From contig CAYPEM010000015.1 in assembly GCA_964409765.1 (NCBI GenBank), forward strand, positions 8,713-72,712: 64,000 bases of DNA. The letters run 5' to 3'. The notes beneath the pieces are model-generated. The model worked only from the letters and a program-made list of their open reading frames with translations, had not been told where the DNA came from and searched no databases. Each line of letters opens with the position of its first letter. Within the stretch, counting starts at the first letter, position 1. This document shows, one piece after another, positions 18,041 through 27,041 of this stretch. This stretch comes from an uncultured Chitinophagaceae bacterium. GTDB taxonomy: Bacteria > Bacteroidota > Ignavibacteria > UBA10030 > UBA8401. Made by a program: the position numbers and the translations under genes.

Positions 18041-19036
18041 CTATTTATTCTTCGCTCTAATATCCGCCAATGCCTTTTCAACACGATTTAACAGATCTTC
18101 CGAATACAATTTCCCAATCAATGCTCTGCGTGCTTTTTTTCCGATCTCTTCGTACGATTTAACTTCATTCGCATCAGGTTTATTGAAGGTCATTTTGTTC
18201 TTCTTCATCACTTCAAGTGATTTAATGTTATCCTTTCGGCTTTGCTCAGTCAGTTTACGCATGAATGCTTTGCCATGCTTTAGCAGAATCTGCTGCAGAT
18301 CGGCTGGGATCTTATCAAAATCTCTTTTTGAAATAACAACTGCACCGGACGCATTCGTCAATGGATAGTCCATTAAATGACTCGTTGCGGTATTCCATTG
18401 CAGCGAAACGATTGCCAGCGGCGATGCATACGCACCGGTGATCAAACCCGTTTGCAACGATGTGACAACATCCGTGATGGAAAGCTGGATCGGATTAATA
18501 CCAATCGCTTTGAATGTCGCATCCGCAACAGGATCTCCTTCCCATTCCCACATTTTAATCGAATGAAGATCAGCAATTTTTGTTACCGGCGTCTTTGAGA
18601 TAATATAGACTGAACCAACCTCTGCCCAACCCAACAGAACAAATCCGCCGCTGACAAATTCATTGGTAAACTCACCATCGAATTGCGTTAATATCTGGTC
18701 AACTTCACCGGTATTTTTAAATAAAAACGGTGCATCAAGCACGCGGGCTGATTTTGCAATTTCTCCAATTCCAAATCCTGTAATTCCTGCGCTGTTAAAT
18801 TGACCGAGTCGGATCTTCCGCATCACATCTTTTTCATCACCGGCAACTCCGCCTGCGTAGATGGTGAATCCAAGTTTACCGCCGCTCTCTTTGCGTACAG
18901 CGGCATCATATTCTTTCATTATGTTGATCCAGGTACTTCCTTCCGGCGCAAGTGTTGCAAATTTAATCTTATACTCTTGGGAGAATAATAACGATGTGAA
19001 AATAACAATCTGAAGTAATAGAATATATTTTTTCAT
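18041..19036 (-). CDS. TRAP transporter substrate-binding protein (DctP family)
   Basis: 331 aa with a signal peptide. YKIKFATLAPEGSTWINIMKEY ... is typical of DctP-type SBPs. Confidence 0.85.
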   Translation of the reverse strand: MKKYILLLQIVIFTSLLFSQEYKIKFATLAPEGSTWINIMKEYDAAVRKESGGKLGFTIYAGGVAGDEKDVMRKIRLGQFNSAGITGFGIGEIAKSARVLDAPFLFKNTGEVDQILTQFDGEFTNEFVSGGFVLLGWAEVGSVYIISKTPVTKIADLHSIKMWEWEGDPVADATFKAIGINPIQLSITDVVTSLQTGLITGAYASPLAIVSLQWNTATSHLMDYPLTNASGAVVISKRDFDKIPADLQQILLKHGKAFMRKLTEQSRKDNIKSLEVMKKNKMTFNKPDANEVKSYEEIGKKARRALIGKLYSEDLLNRVEKALADIRAKNK

Positions 19037-19057
19037 GAACTTTCTCTGAGAATGGGT

Positions 19058-19933
19058 TTAATAGAACAAATCATCAATTTTTTCCGACAACTTTCTAGCT
19101 TTTCGTTTTGCAATCGCGTTTACCAGCCGTTGTTCAGGAAGTGAATCAAGTGACGCTTCTTCAACTGTTGTCAATAATTTTTGGAACAATTCTTTATCCT
19201 GCATCTGAACACAATAACTTTTGGCCATATAGACATGCGGAAGAACGAATTGATTTTTACCGATCTCAAAACATTTTTCAAAATGATATCGTGCACTGTC
19301 GGGTTTGCCGCCAAGATTTTTCGGTGTGGTTGCCAGAATCGCCGCAAAATATAGATGTGCACTACCATAGAAATATGTTTCATCATTCTTCAACACAAAT
19401 TCCATCATAGCGTTTACTTTAGGAAGATCACCAAGCACCGCAGGATCTGAAATACTTACGTTGATAAGATTCCCCCACGCATTTGCGGTCCAGAAAATCA
19501 TGGGAACATCGGTCTTATCAAACTGTTCGAGACTTTTTTTAAATGCTGCCTGATCCTGTTCGAAAGCTGCTGCAAATTGATTGTTCTTTTTCAATGCTTT
19601 CAGTCCATAGTCCCGAGCACGCGTATACAATACTTTTGCACGGTCAGCATCAACATCTTCAACAAATCCAAGCGTATAACCGGTATATCCTTGAACCAGT
19701 AGAAAGGCAAGATGGTCATCATCTTTGTCTTTTGCTCGATACAGAGCTTCTAATAATGTGAGATTTCCCGGAATTGCTTTTTCCGCAAAATCCAGATCGG
19801 ATTCTTCAAAAATTGAGACTAATCCGTAATCTACAATGTTTGTTGTAGCATTGACAGCAACTGAGTTCACAATGCCGCATGAAATATTGAGGAATGAAAA
19901 GAAGAACAGAAAGAGAAGGAATAAGTGTTTCAT
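19058..19933 (-). CDS. TatT-like TPR lipoprotein associated with TRAP transporter (TPAT T-component)
   Basis: About 291 aa from the ATG at 19933 (MKHLFLLFLFFFSFLNISCG, lipoprotein-like). The protein is all-helical and TPR-like (AEKAIPGNLTLLEALYRA ..., YFAAILATTPKNLGGKPDSARYHFEKCFEIG). It sits immediately upstream of dctP-Q-M, as in the Treponema TatT/TatP systems as I recall them. Confidence 0.55.
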   Translation of the reverse strand: MKHLFLLFLFFFSFLNISCGIVNSVAVNATTNIVDYGLVSIFEESDLDFAEKAIPGNLTLLEALYRAKDKDDDHLAFLLVQGYTGYTLGFVEDVDADRAKVLYTRARDYGLKALKKNNQFAAAFEQDQAAFKKSLEQFDKTDVPMIFWTANAWGNLINVSISDPAVLGDLPKVNAMMEFVLKNDETYFYGSAHLYFAAILATTPKNLGGKPDSARYHFEKCFEIGKNQFVLPHVYMAKSYCVQMQDKELFQKLLTTVEEASLDSLPEQRLVNAIAKRKARKLSEKIDDLFY

Positions 19934-20080
19934 ACAATAGAAAATATAAAAACGTTGCTGAATATCCAAGATTGATTATTCGTTCTAAAATGAATAATTA
20001 TTAAGAAAAATCGAATGTTTACAAGAAGAATACTTGCTTCCTTGTTTGTAATCGGGTACTTTTATCATAACAATTACAGA

Positions 20081-20779
20081 ATGACTATGAAAGAACAGAA
20101 AGCAAAGATACTCATCATTGAGGATGAGAAAAAAATCTCAGCACTGATCCGAAAAGGATTGGAAGAGGAAAAATATTCCGTGGATGATGCTTTTGACGGC
20201 GAAAAGGGTGAACAACTGGCTCTGAAACATCAATATGATCTTATCATTCTTGACATCATGCTCCCGAAAAAGGATGGTATCCAAGTTTTATCCGCACTTC
20301 GAACGTCAAACATTGAAACCCCGGTATTGATGTTAACTGCAAAGGGAACCGTTGAAGACCGCGTCAAAGGGCTTGATACCGGTGCCGATGATTATCTCGT
20401 AAAACCGTTTGCAATTACAGAACTTTTGGCGCGGGTTCGATCATTGATGCGCAGAAAAAAGGGGGCAGAAAAGTCTGTCACGGTATTGACGATTGCAGAT
20501 CTTACAGTTGATCTCGTCTCACGTAAAGTGATTCGCGATGGAAAAGTGATAGATTTAACGACGAAAGAATTCTCACTGCTCGAATTTTTTATCCGCAATA
20601 AGAATAAAACTCTCAATCGCAGCACTATCACCGAACATATTTGGAACTATAATTTTGATACCGGGACGAATATTATTGATGTGTACATCAACCATTTACG
20701 TGCGAAGATCGACGGTGAGTTCGAAAAGAAATTGCTGCACACTATCCGCGGTGTCGGTTATGTTATGAAAGATCATTAA
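20081..20779 (+). CDS. OmpR/PhoB-family response regulator
   Basis: REC domain (KILIIEDE ... DLIILDIMLPKKDG ... DDYLVKPF) plus a winged-helix domain (LTTKEFSLLEFFIRNKNKTLNRSTITEHIW ... TIRGVGYVM). The ATG at 20081 is preferred over the track start at 20015, which adds a hydrophobic 22-aa extension. Confidence 0.9.
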   Translation: MTMKEQKAKILIIEDEKKISALIRKGLEEEKYSVDDAFDGEKGEQLALKHQYDLIILDIMLPKKDGIQVLSALRTSNIETPVLMLTAKGTVEDRVKGLDTGADDYLVKPFAITELLARVRSLMRRKKGAEKSVTVLTIADLTVDLVSRKVIRDGKVIDLTTKEFSLLEFFIRNKNKTLNRSTITEHIWNYNFDTGTNIIDVYINHLRAKIDGEFEKKLLHTIRGVGYVMKDH

Positions 20780-20792
20780 CAGAATTTTTTGA

Positions 20793-22325
20793 ATGAAAAA
20801 CCTTCAGCGCTCAATTCGTTTCAGGCTCACGCTATACTATTCTCTTATCGTCGGCGGAACTCTGCTGGGTTTTGCTGTTGTCTCCTATTTTTACACTGAA
20901 CAAAATCTTCTTTCCAGCCTTGATCGTTCGCTCTATCAAGAAGTCGTCACCATAAAAAATTATATCGAGCCGCAGGCAAAAAAGGTACGTTTAAAAAAAC
21001 AACGCACCCGGCAAAAACCGCAAGCATCAATTGATAAAAAACTATCGACAGAAGCAGTACGGAGATCCGACGAAGTTGAGATGAAAAATGTCGATTCCAT
21101 TGATGTTGAGTTTGATGAGTTATGGAATAAGATCTACGAACACTCACTGCAGGTTTCCAAGAAACAGATCGTTCAAATTCGGGACCGTAACGGCGATATC
21201 TTGTATAAATCCGGTCTTGGTAAAGAAGAAAATATCACTTTTGACGATGTGCCTCAGGATATAACAAAACTTGTCACTATTTGGAATGCACAGGGACAGC
21301 CGCTCCGGCTTGCTGTAAGCCAGGATCGAACGATGAAAGTGTATATCGCATATCCAATATCAGAGATCAACGAAGTATTAGGAAATCTATTTTCAATTTT
21401 TTTGCTGCTGATCCCAATTGCCGTTGTAATTTCAATCGGCGGGGGTTGGTTTCTGGCTGCTCGTTCGTTCAAACCGGTGGATGATATTACACGAACTGCG
21501 CGCGCAATCACAGCACACAACCTTGATCAACGGATAAAATCTTCGGGAGTTGATGATGAACTAGGTCGGTTAGTTGCTACATTCAATGAAATGATCAGTC
21601 GCCTTCAATTATCCTTTGCTCAGATCCAGCAATTTTCCAGCGATGCATCCCACGAACTTCGAACACCATTAACGATTATGCGTGGAGAACTGGAACTTGC
21701 GCTTCGAAGTAAAAAACAATCCCCTGAAGAATATCGGACCGTACTTTCAAGTTCATTGGAAGAAACTCTCCGAATGTCATCGATCATCGAAAATCTGCTC
21801 TCCCTTGCGAAAGCAGATGTCGCTCGTCCGACTGCAAATTTCAGTGATGTGTGGCTTCGTCCTATCATTCAAGAATTATACGAAGATTCGACCATGCTTG
21901 CAGAGAATAAACATATCACTGTTACTCTCGGCACACTGGATGATGCATTGATCCTTGGCGATGCTGTCCGGCTGCGTCAATTATTCCTGAACCTAATTGA
22001 TAACGCAATAAAATATACAGCAGAGAATGGATTGGTGGAAATCTCATTGTTTCGCGAAGGGACCAATGTTAAAGTTCGGGTTAAGGATACTGGAATGGGA
22101 ATTCCAACGGAAGATCTTGCAAAGATATTTGACCGGTTCTATCGCGTTGATAAGGCACGTTCCCGCGAACTTGGCGGCAGCGGACTTGGTTTATCAATTT
22201 CTAAATGGATCGTCGACATTCATGGCGGAACAATTTCCGTCGAAAGTGAGATCAACGTCGGCTCTATTTTCACCGTACTTTTACCGCTTAAAATTCCTTC
22301 ACCCCAGCTAGAAATTTTCAAATAA
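20793..22325 (+). CDS. sensor histidine kinase (2 TM, periplasmic loop, HAMP, HisKA, HATPase_c)
   Basis: 510 aa. H-box FSSDASHELRTPLT, N-box LIDNAIKYT, G1 DTGMGIP, G2 GGSGLGLSISK. Confidence 0.92.
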   Translation: MKNLQRSIRFRLTLYYSLIVGGTLLGFAVVSYFYTEQNLLSSLDRSLYQEVVTIKNYIEPQAKKVRLKKQRTRQKPQASIDKKLSTEAVRRSDEVEMKNVDSIDVEFDELWNKIYEHSLQVSKKQIVQIRDRNGDILYKSGLGKEENITFDDVPQDITKLVTIWNAQGQPLRLAVSQDRTMKVYIAYPISEINEVLGNLFSIFLLLIPIAVVISIGGGWFLAARSFKPVDDITRTARAITAHNLDQRIKSSGVDDELGRLVATFNEMISRLQLSFAQIQQFSSDASHELRTPLTIMRGELELALRSKKQSPEEYRTVLSSSLEETLRMSSIIENLLSLAKADVARPTANFSDVWLRPIIQELYEDSTMLAENKHITVTLGTLDDALILGDAVRLRQLFLNLIDNAIKYTAENGLVEISLFREGTNVKVRVKDTGMGIPTEDLAKIFDRFYRVDKARSRELGGSGLGLSISKWIVDIHGGTISVESEINVGSIFTVLLPLKIPSPQLEIFK

Positions 22326-22367
22326 TTTCTTCTATGCATTGCATCTTGCAATGTGAATGACTATTTT

Positions 22368-22396
22368 TTTCGAAGTATTTATATAGTTGTTATAAT
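22368..22396 (+). promoter_or_regulatory. candidate extended -10 promoter for the permease gene
   Basis: TGTTATAAT (perfect TATAAT at 22391-22396 with an upstream TGn) and a weak -35 TTTCGA 17 nt upstream. RBS ACGGAG lies 7 nt before the ATG at 22417. Confidence 0.45.
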
Positions 22397-22416
22397 CATC
22401 ACCAACGGAGTTTTGA

Positions 22417-23814
22417 ATGTCAGCTGACCAGCATGGAACAACACTTGCCCGCCGATTAACGCTCACCAATGCAATTATGGTAGTCATCGGATCCGTGATA
22501 GGATCTGGAATTTTTCTTACCCCTCAAAATGTTGCCGCCAATGTTGATATTCCAGGATTGATGATCGGAGTCTGGATCTTAACCGGATTGCTGACGCTTG
22601 CAGGAGCATTGACGAATGCAGAAGTTGCAAGTTTGATACCGGAAGCAGGTGGGCAATATGTTTTTTTCCGTGTTACGTTTGGTCAGCTAACAGCTTTTTT
22701 ATATGGTTGGACCACTTTTATTGTCTATCAGACCGGTTCCATCGCTGCAATTGCAGTTGCTTTTGCTAAATATCTTGGTTATTTCGTAGACCTTCCCCAC
22801 CTCGGACCTGAATTAGAAGCATGGCAGCTTCCGTTGCTCGGTAATATTTTTCCATTGAAGAATATTGGTGTTACAATGGTCGCGATCCTTGCAATCATCA
22901 CTGTTACAACGATCAATTATTTCGGTGTTCAATTCGGAGGAATGATCCAAAATGTATTCACTATTTTAAAGGTTGTTGCGATCGGAGCGATCATTGTTTT
23001 AGCATTTTCATCAGGAAAAGGAAGTGTCGATCATTTCTTTCCGTTGTGGGGAATGCCCTCTTCCGGTTCTCTGCTTGCAGCGGTCGGCGTTGCAATGATT
23101 GCAACCTTATGGTCGTATGACGGATGGAATTCATTAACGTATCTTGCCGGTGAGGTAGTTGATCCTCAAAAAAATATTCCTCGTGCTCTTATTATGGGAA
23201 CATTGGCAGTTATCGTTATATACGTAACAACAAATCTTGCCTATCTCTACATTCTTCCTATTGGTCAGATCGCTCAATCAAAATTAGTTGCGGCAGACGT
23301 GATGAATGTTGTCTTTTACGGATGGGGCGGTGCAATCATCTCCGCAATGGTGATGATCTCTACATTTGGAACTGTCAACGCAACATCAATGACCACCGCC
23401 CGCGTATTCTACGCGATGGCGAAAGACAAGATGTTCTTCAAAAATATGGGGGAAGTTCATCCTAAATTCAGAACACCGGCAAAGTCATTGGTCATTCAAG
23501 GAACTTGGGCTTCCATTTTGTGTTTGACGGGAACGTATGATCAGATTTTCACTTATGTTATCTTTGCGGGATGGATATTCTATGCTCTTGGCGGTGTTGC
23601 GGTTTTTATTCTTCGTGCTAAACAACCACACGCAGTACGCTCCTACAAAGTTCCGTTATACCCAATTATTCCAATCTTGTTCATATTTGTGGCAACGTGG
23701 TTTGTGTACAATACGATTGTTGAGCAAACAAGAGATTCAATGGTAGGATTGTTTTTGCTTGTTGCTGGTATTCCATTCTATCTTTATTGGAAGAAACAAA
23801 TGACGAAAGTATAA
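22417..23814 (+). CDS. APC-superfamily amino acid permease
   Basis: 465 aa with about 12 TM segments. The N-terminal IMVVIGSVIGSGIFLTPQNVA and WSYDGWNSLTYLAGEV are typical of APC/LAT-type permeases. Confidence 0.85.
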   Translation: MSADQHGTTLARRLTLTNAIMVVIGSVIGSGIFLTPQNVAANVDIPGLMIGVWILTGLLTLAGALTNAEVASLIPEAGGQYVFFRVTFGQLTAFLYGWTTFIVYQTGSIAAIAVAFAKYLGYFVDLPHLGPELEAWQLPLLGNIFPLKNIGVTMVAILAIITVTTINYFGVQFGGMIQNVFTILKVVAIGAIIVLAFSSGKGSVDHFFPLWGMPSSGSLLAAVGVAMIATLWSYDGWNSLTYLAGEVVDPQKNIPRALIMGTLAVIVIYVTTNLAYLYILPIGQIAQSKLVAADVMNVVFYGWGGAIISAMVMISTFGTVNATSMTTARVFYAMAKDKMFFKNMGEVHPKFRTPAKSLVIQGTWASILCLTGTYDQIFTYVIFAGWIFYALGGVAVFILRAKQPHAVRSYKVPLYPIIPILFIFVATWFVYNTIVEQTRDSMVGLFLLVAGIPFYLYWKKQMTKV

Positions 23815-23829
23815 AATGTTTGAACAACA

Positions 23830-23874
23830 CTACAATAAAAAACCCGAAGTGAATCTTCGGGTTTTTTATTGTAG
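23830..23874. terminator. bidirectional rho-independent terminator (perfect 20-bp-arm palindrome)
   Basis: CTACAATAAAAAACCCGAAG-TGAAT-CTTCGGGTTTTTTATTGTAG. The GC core is CCCGAAG/CTTCGGG with U-runs on both strands. It lies between convergent genes. Confidence 0.85.
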
Positions 23875-23885
23875 TTAAGCAGTAA

Positions 23886-26800
23886 TTAAAAATCCCCGCC
23901 AAGCGAGAAATAATATTTTGGCGTCGAGAAACCATCTCCAGTGTATGACCACGCAACATCAATCTTCAACGGAAGCCCAAACAGGAACATTCGTAGTCCC
24001 ATTCCGGTGCCGATCAACAGATCTTGAGTGACTGTTTTTCCGGTTGTATCTTTTCCAAAACCTCGAAACATGCTTTCTTTTGTCCACGACGATCCAACAT
24101 CAACAAATGTTGCACCGGTAATATTTCCAAGCGCTATAGGTACGCCACCGGTAACAAGATACTGGATAAATGGATATCGTAATTCATAGTTCACTAACGC
24201 GAACTTTGTTCCATTCTTTACATTATAATTATATCCGCGCAGCGGCAGGGCCGGTGTAAGAAACGCAAAATCTTCAATATTCCTGATCGGGATTCCGCCA
24301 TTCTCAAATTCGCGGTTGATCCATCCATCCGTTCCGCCGATAAAGAACTGTTGCGCATTTTTTCCTACGCTGATTCCACCTGAATACCTCATGACGAATG
24401 AATACGATTTCCAAAATTTGAAATATTTTCGATAGTCAGCAGTATACGTTTGAAAATCAAGTGAATTGCTTCCTAACGATGGACTGATCATTGCATTGAT
24501 ATTATATCGTGACCCATTGTTTGGCGAGGTATAACCCCACAAGGTATTATCATGCACATAACTGAGTGAAGGAATGAACATTGTTCTAGTTTGGCGAAGT
24601 GAATCGAGGCCAAAATCGAGGTTCTCTTTTGAAAGATTCATCCACGAAAGACCAAATTCAAGACGGTTAAACCGATCAAGAGGTAATGAAGCCGTTCCTG
24701 AAAGTCCCCATGTCCGAAAACGATACAATGATACTCCAATTGAAGGATCTTCAAGATATAAAAACCGTGCACTGTGATATCCCTGAAATCCATAATCAAT
24801 GAATGCCGGTAGATAAAAATATGCCAACACATAATCACTGTTCTTCAGATCGAGCAAAAGGTTCGTGAGAAAATATATTTGATGATCACCAAGCATATCG
24901 CTAAATGACATCATCGTTGTTCCTTGCACGCCGTAGAATGTACTGAATGCAGCGTTTCCATAGACGATATCAGGTGAAAAATTCAATTTATATTTGTTGA
25001 CCACAAAATTACTGTCGTCATCTACATTACCGGCAACGGCGATTGGTTTACTATTGACGGTTGGAAGTTCATCACTTTCTCCAGATTTTGCCGCATCATC
25101 GGTGAAGACATAATTATCAAAATCGATCCTGACTTTGTCGCCGTAGACACTTGCGGTATCTTTTTTCGATTCGGTTGCAGTGACAACAGTTACCGTGTCG
25201 ATATTTTTCTTCGATATGGGATTTTTCCGTTTGATATATTCAGTCGGCTCTAATTGCGTTTCAGTCAATTTTTTTTCAAATGGAGTTTTCAAGAGGAACA
25301 GATCAAATCCCGCTTTATTTAAAGCAGAATATGCCAGTTTATTTCCATCAGCAGACAGAGACAATTGGTACACTCCTGTTATCGAATTAGTGATTGGTCT
25401 GTCCTCCTTGGTAAGAAGATTTCGTTCATAAACATTTCCGGTGCCATTCCTGTCTGAAACATATAATAATTTATTGCCATCAGATGATGTCACCGGCGAT
25501 GTTTCATCACTATTCTCATCGTTGGTGATCCGTGTGATGCTTCCGGTTGTAAGATCATATGAATAGATATCCAATTGTTTATAATCGAACCGCACAATTC
25601 TAAAGTTTGCCGGAAGATTGTTCGCCGATGTATGCTCTCTTCGGTCGGAAACAAAATAGATCTTTTGACCGTCAGATGACCACGTTGGATCTGAATCAGA
25701 AAACAAATCGTTTGTTAAATTTGTCAGCTTTTTCGAAGCTATTTCATATGTATAAATATCGGATTGATAGGATGTGTTTCCGACAAAAACAAGTTTGTCG
25801 CCCTGGTGAGACCAATCAACCGTAAAGATTCCTTCCAATTCCAGTTCGATCTTTTCCTCGTCCCCTTCGTTCACATCAATAAGATAAATTGCATCGCGTT
25901 CACCGCTTTTGGCGGCAATTGCAATTCGTTTCCCGTCCGGCGACCAGCTCATTCCTGGTGTGAGCAGATGCAATTCTTCAAAATTATTCGTCCGCTGACC
26001 ATCCAGTACTTTGGTGATCGTATTGTCTATTGTTGACATCACATACACATCAAAATAATCATCCCGGTCCGAGATGAATGCAACCTTATCGCCCTGTGGG
26101 GAAATTGCCGGACTGGTGTTATAAAAATTATTCTCTTTAATGTGATTGGTCAATCGCGTAGAGAAATCTTCCGGTTCTTCCCGTTTTGCAATATCGGGCC
26201 AATACATTTTCTTTTGTTCTTTCTGCCACCGTTCAGATAATTCCTCTACTGTTAAACCAATAGAGCTTTTAAATCCTGCATCAACATTGCGTAAACTTTT
26301 CACTTTGTGTAAAATTTCACTGATCTTTTGTTCCCCATATTTGTTGGCGATATAATAGAATACCGACTGTCCTCCACGATAGGCAAAATAACCCCCTAAA
26401 TATTCTATCGGGGGAAGGTACGTATTGAGCGTAGCATCACGAATGAACATATCAGAATTGATATCCCATCGTAATGCTTCATATTCAGCAAATCCCTCGC
26501 TGATCCACAACGGCAGCTGGATTCGTATATTGTTTGAAATAATTGACTGAATAGAACCGCCATAGAACATATCATTCATCACCGCATGAACCAATTCATG
26601 ATGGATCACATGGCGAAATTGTTTATAATTTCCTTCAAATGGAATGACGACACGGTTCTTGAATAATTCTGTTACTCCGCCAATGCCTTCTTCAAGATAT
26701 TCACCGATAACATTGGTCTGTTGAAAATCGTTATGCGAGTTGTAAACCATGATCGCCACACGATTATTCAGCTGATAGCGCATTGTTTTGCTGATTGATG

Positions 26801-27017
26801 CATAGGCGGATTCTGCCGCAACAGCCGTGAAATTCGCGATTGGTGCTCCATCCTGATAAAAATAAATGTCGAAATGATCGGTTTGAATGAATGACCAATT
26901 GAAGCGTTTATATTGGACTTTATTCTTGCCAAAATTTCCCTCTTGAGCTGTCATTATTGACGCACAAATCACAATGAGCAACAATATTTTTCTCATATCC
27001 ACCTCGTTGTTCTTCAT
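23886..27017 (-). CDS. outer-membrane Omp85-family beta-barrel fused to an HExxH peptidase-like domain and a TolB-like PD40 propeller
   Basis: 1043 aa (alternative ATG at 26996). It has a signal peptide and HELVH at 26586-26600, with a downstream WISEGFAEY (gluzincin-like). Six PD40-like repeats are present (SPQGDKVAFISDRDD, WSPDGKRIAIAA, WSSDGQKIYFVSDR, SSDGNKLLYVSDRNG, SADGNKLAYSA). The C-terminal barrel carries Omp85 hallmarks LPLRGYNYN, NYELRYP, GLRMFLFGLPLKIDVAWS and a terminal F. Confidence 0.75.
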   Translation of the reverse strand: MKNNEVDMRKILLLIVICASIMTAQEGNFGKNKVQYKRFNWSFIQTDHFDIYFYQDGAPIANFTAVAAESAYASISKTMRYQLNNRVAIMVYNSHNDFQQTNVIGEYLEEGIGGVTELFKNRVVIPFEGNYKQFRHVIHHELVHAVMNDMFYGGSIQSIISNNIRIQLPLWISEGFAEYEALRWDINSDMFIRDATLNTYLPPIEYLGGYFAYRGGQSVFYYIANKYGEQKISEILHKVKSLRNVDAGFKSSIGLTVEELSERWQKEQKKMYWPDIAKREEPEDFSTRLTNHIKENNFYNTSPAISPQGDKVAFISDRDDYFDVYVMSTIDNTITKVLDGQRTNNFEELHLLTPGMSWSPDGKRIAIAAKSGERDAIYLIDVNEGDEEKIELELEGIFTVDWSHQGDKLVFVGNTSYQSDIYTYEIASKKLTNLTNDLFSDSDPTWSSDGQKIYFVSDRREHTSANNLPANFRIVRFDYKQLDIYSYDLTTGSITRITNDENSDETSPVTSSDGNKLLYVSDRNGTGNVYERNLLTKEDRPITNSITGVYQLSLSADGNKLAYSALNKAGFDLFLLKTPFEKKLTETQLEPTEYIKRKNPISKKNIDTVTVVTATESKKDTASVYGDKVRIDFDNYVFTDDAAKSGESDELPTVNSKPIAVAGNVDDDSNFVVNKYKLNFSPDIVYGNAAFSTFYGVQGTTMMSFSDMLGDHQIYFLTNLLLDLKNSDYVLAYFYLPAFIDYGFQGYHSARFLYLEDPSIGVSLYRFRTWGLSGTASLPLDRFNRLEFGLSWMNLSKENLDFGLDSLRQTRTMFIPSLSYVHDNTLWGYTSPNNGSRYNINAMISPSLGSNSLDFQTYTADYRKYFKFWKSYSFVMRYSGGISVGKNAQQFFIGGTDGWINREFENGGIPIRNIEDFAFLTPALPLRGYNYNVKNGTKFALVNYELRYPFIQYLVTGGVPIALGNITGATFVDVGSSWTKESMFRGFGKDTTGKTVTQDLLIGTGMGLRMFLFGLPLKIDVAWSYTGDGFSTPKYYFSLGGDF

Positions 27018-27041
27018 CTAAAAAACACAGCAACGTTGAAT

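Noticed and set aside
19975-19998. Inverted repeat ATTATTC-N10-GAATAAT in the TatT/response-regulator divergent region
   Set aside because: It consists almost entirely of A/T in an AT-rich intergenic region, so a chance palindrome is likely. It is not reported as a regulatory site.
22337-22353. Hairpin CATTGCA-TCT-TGCAATG after the histidine kinase gene as a terminator
   Set aside because: The stem is short and AT-rich, and the T-run starts about 10 nt downstream. This is too weak to call.
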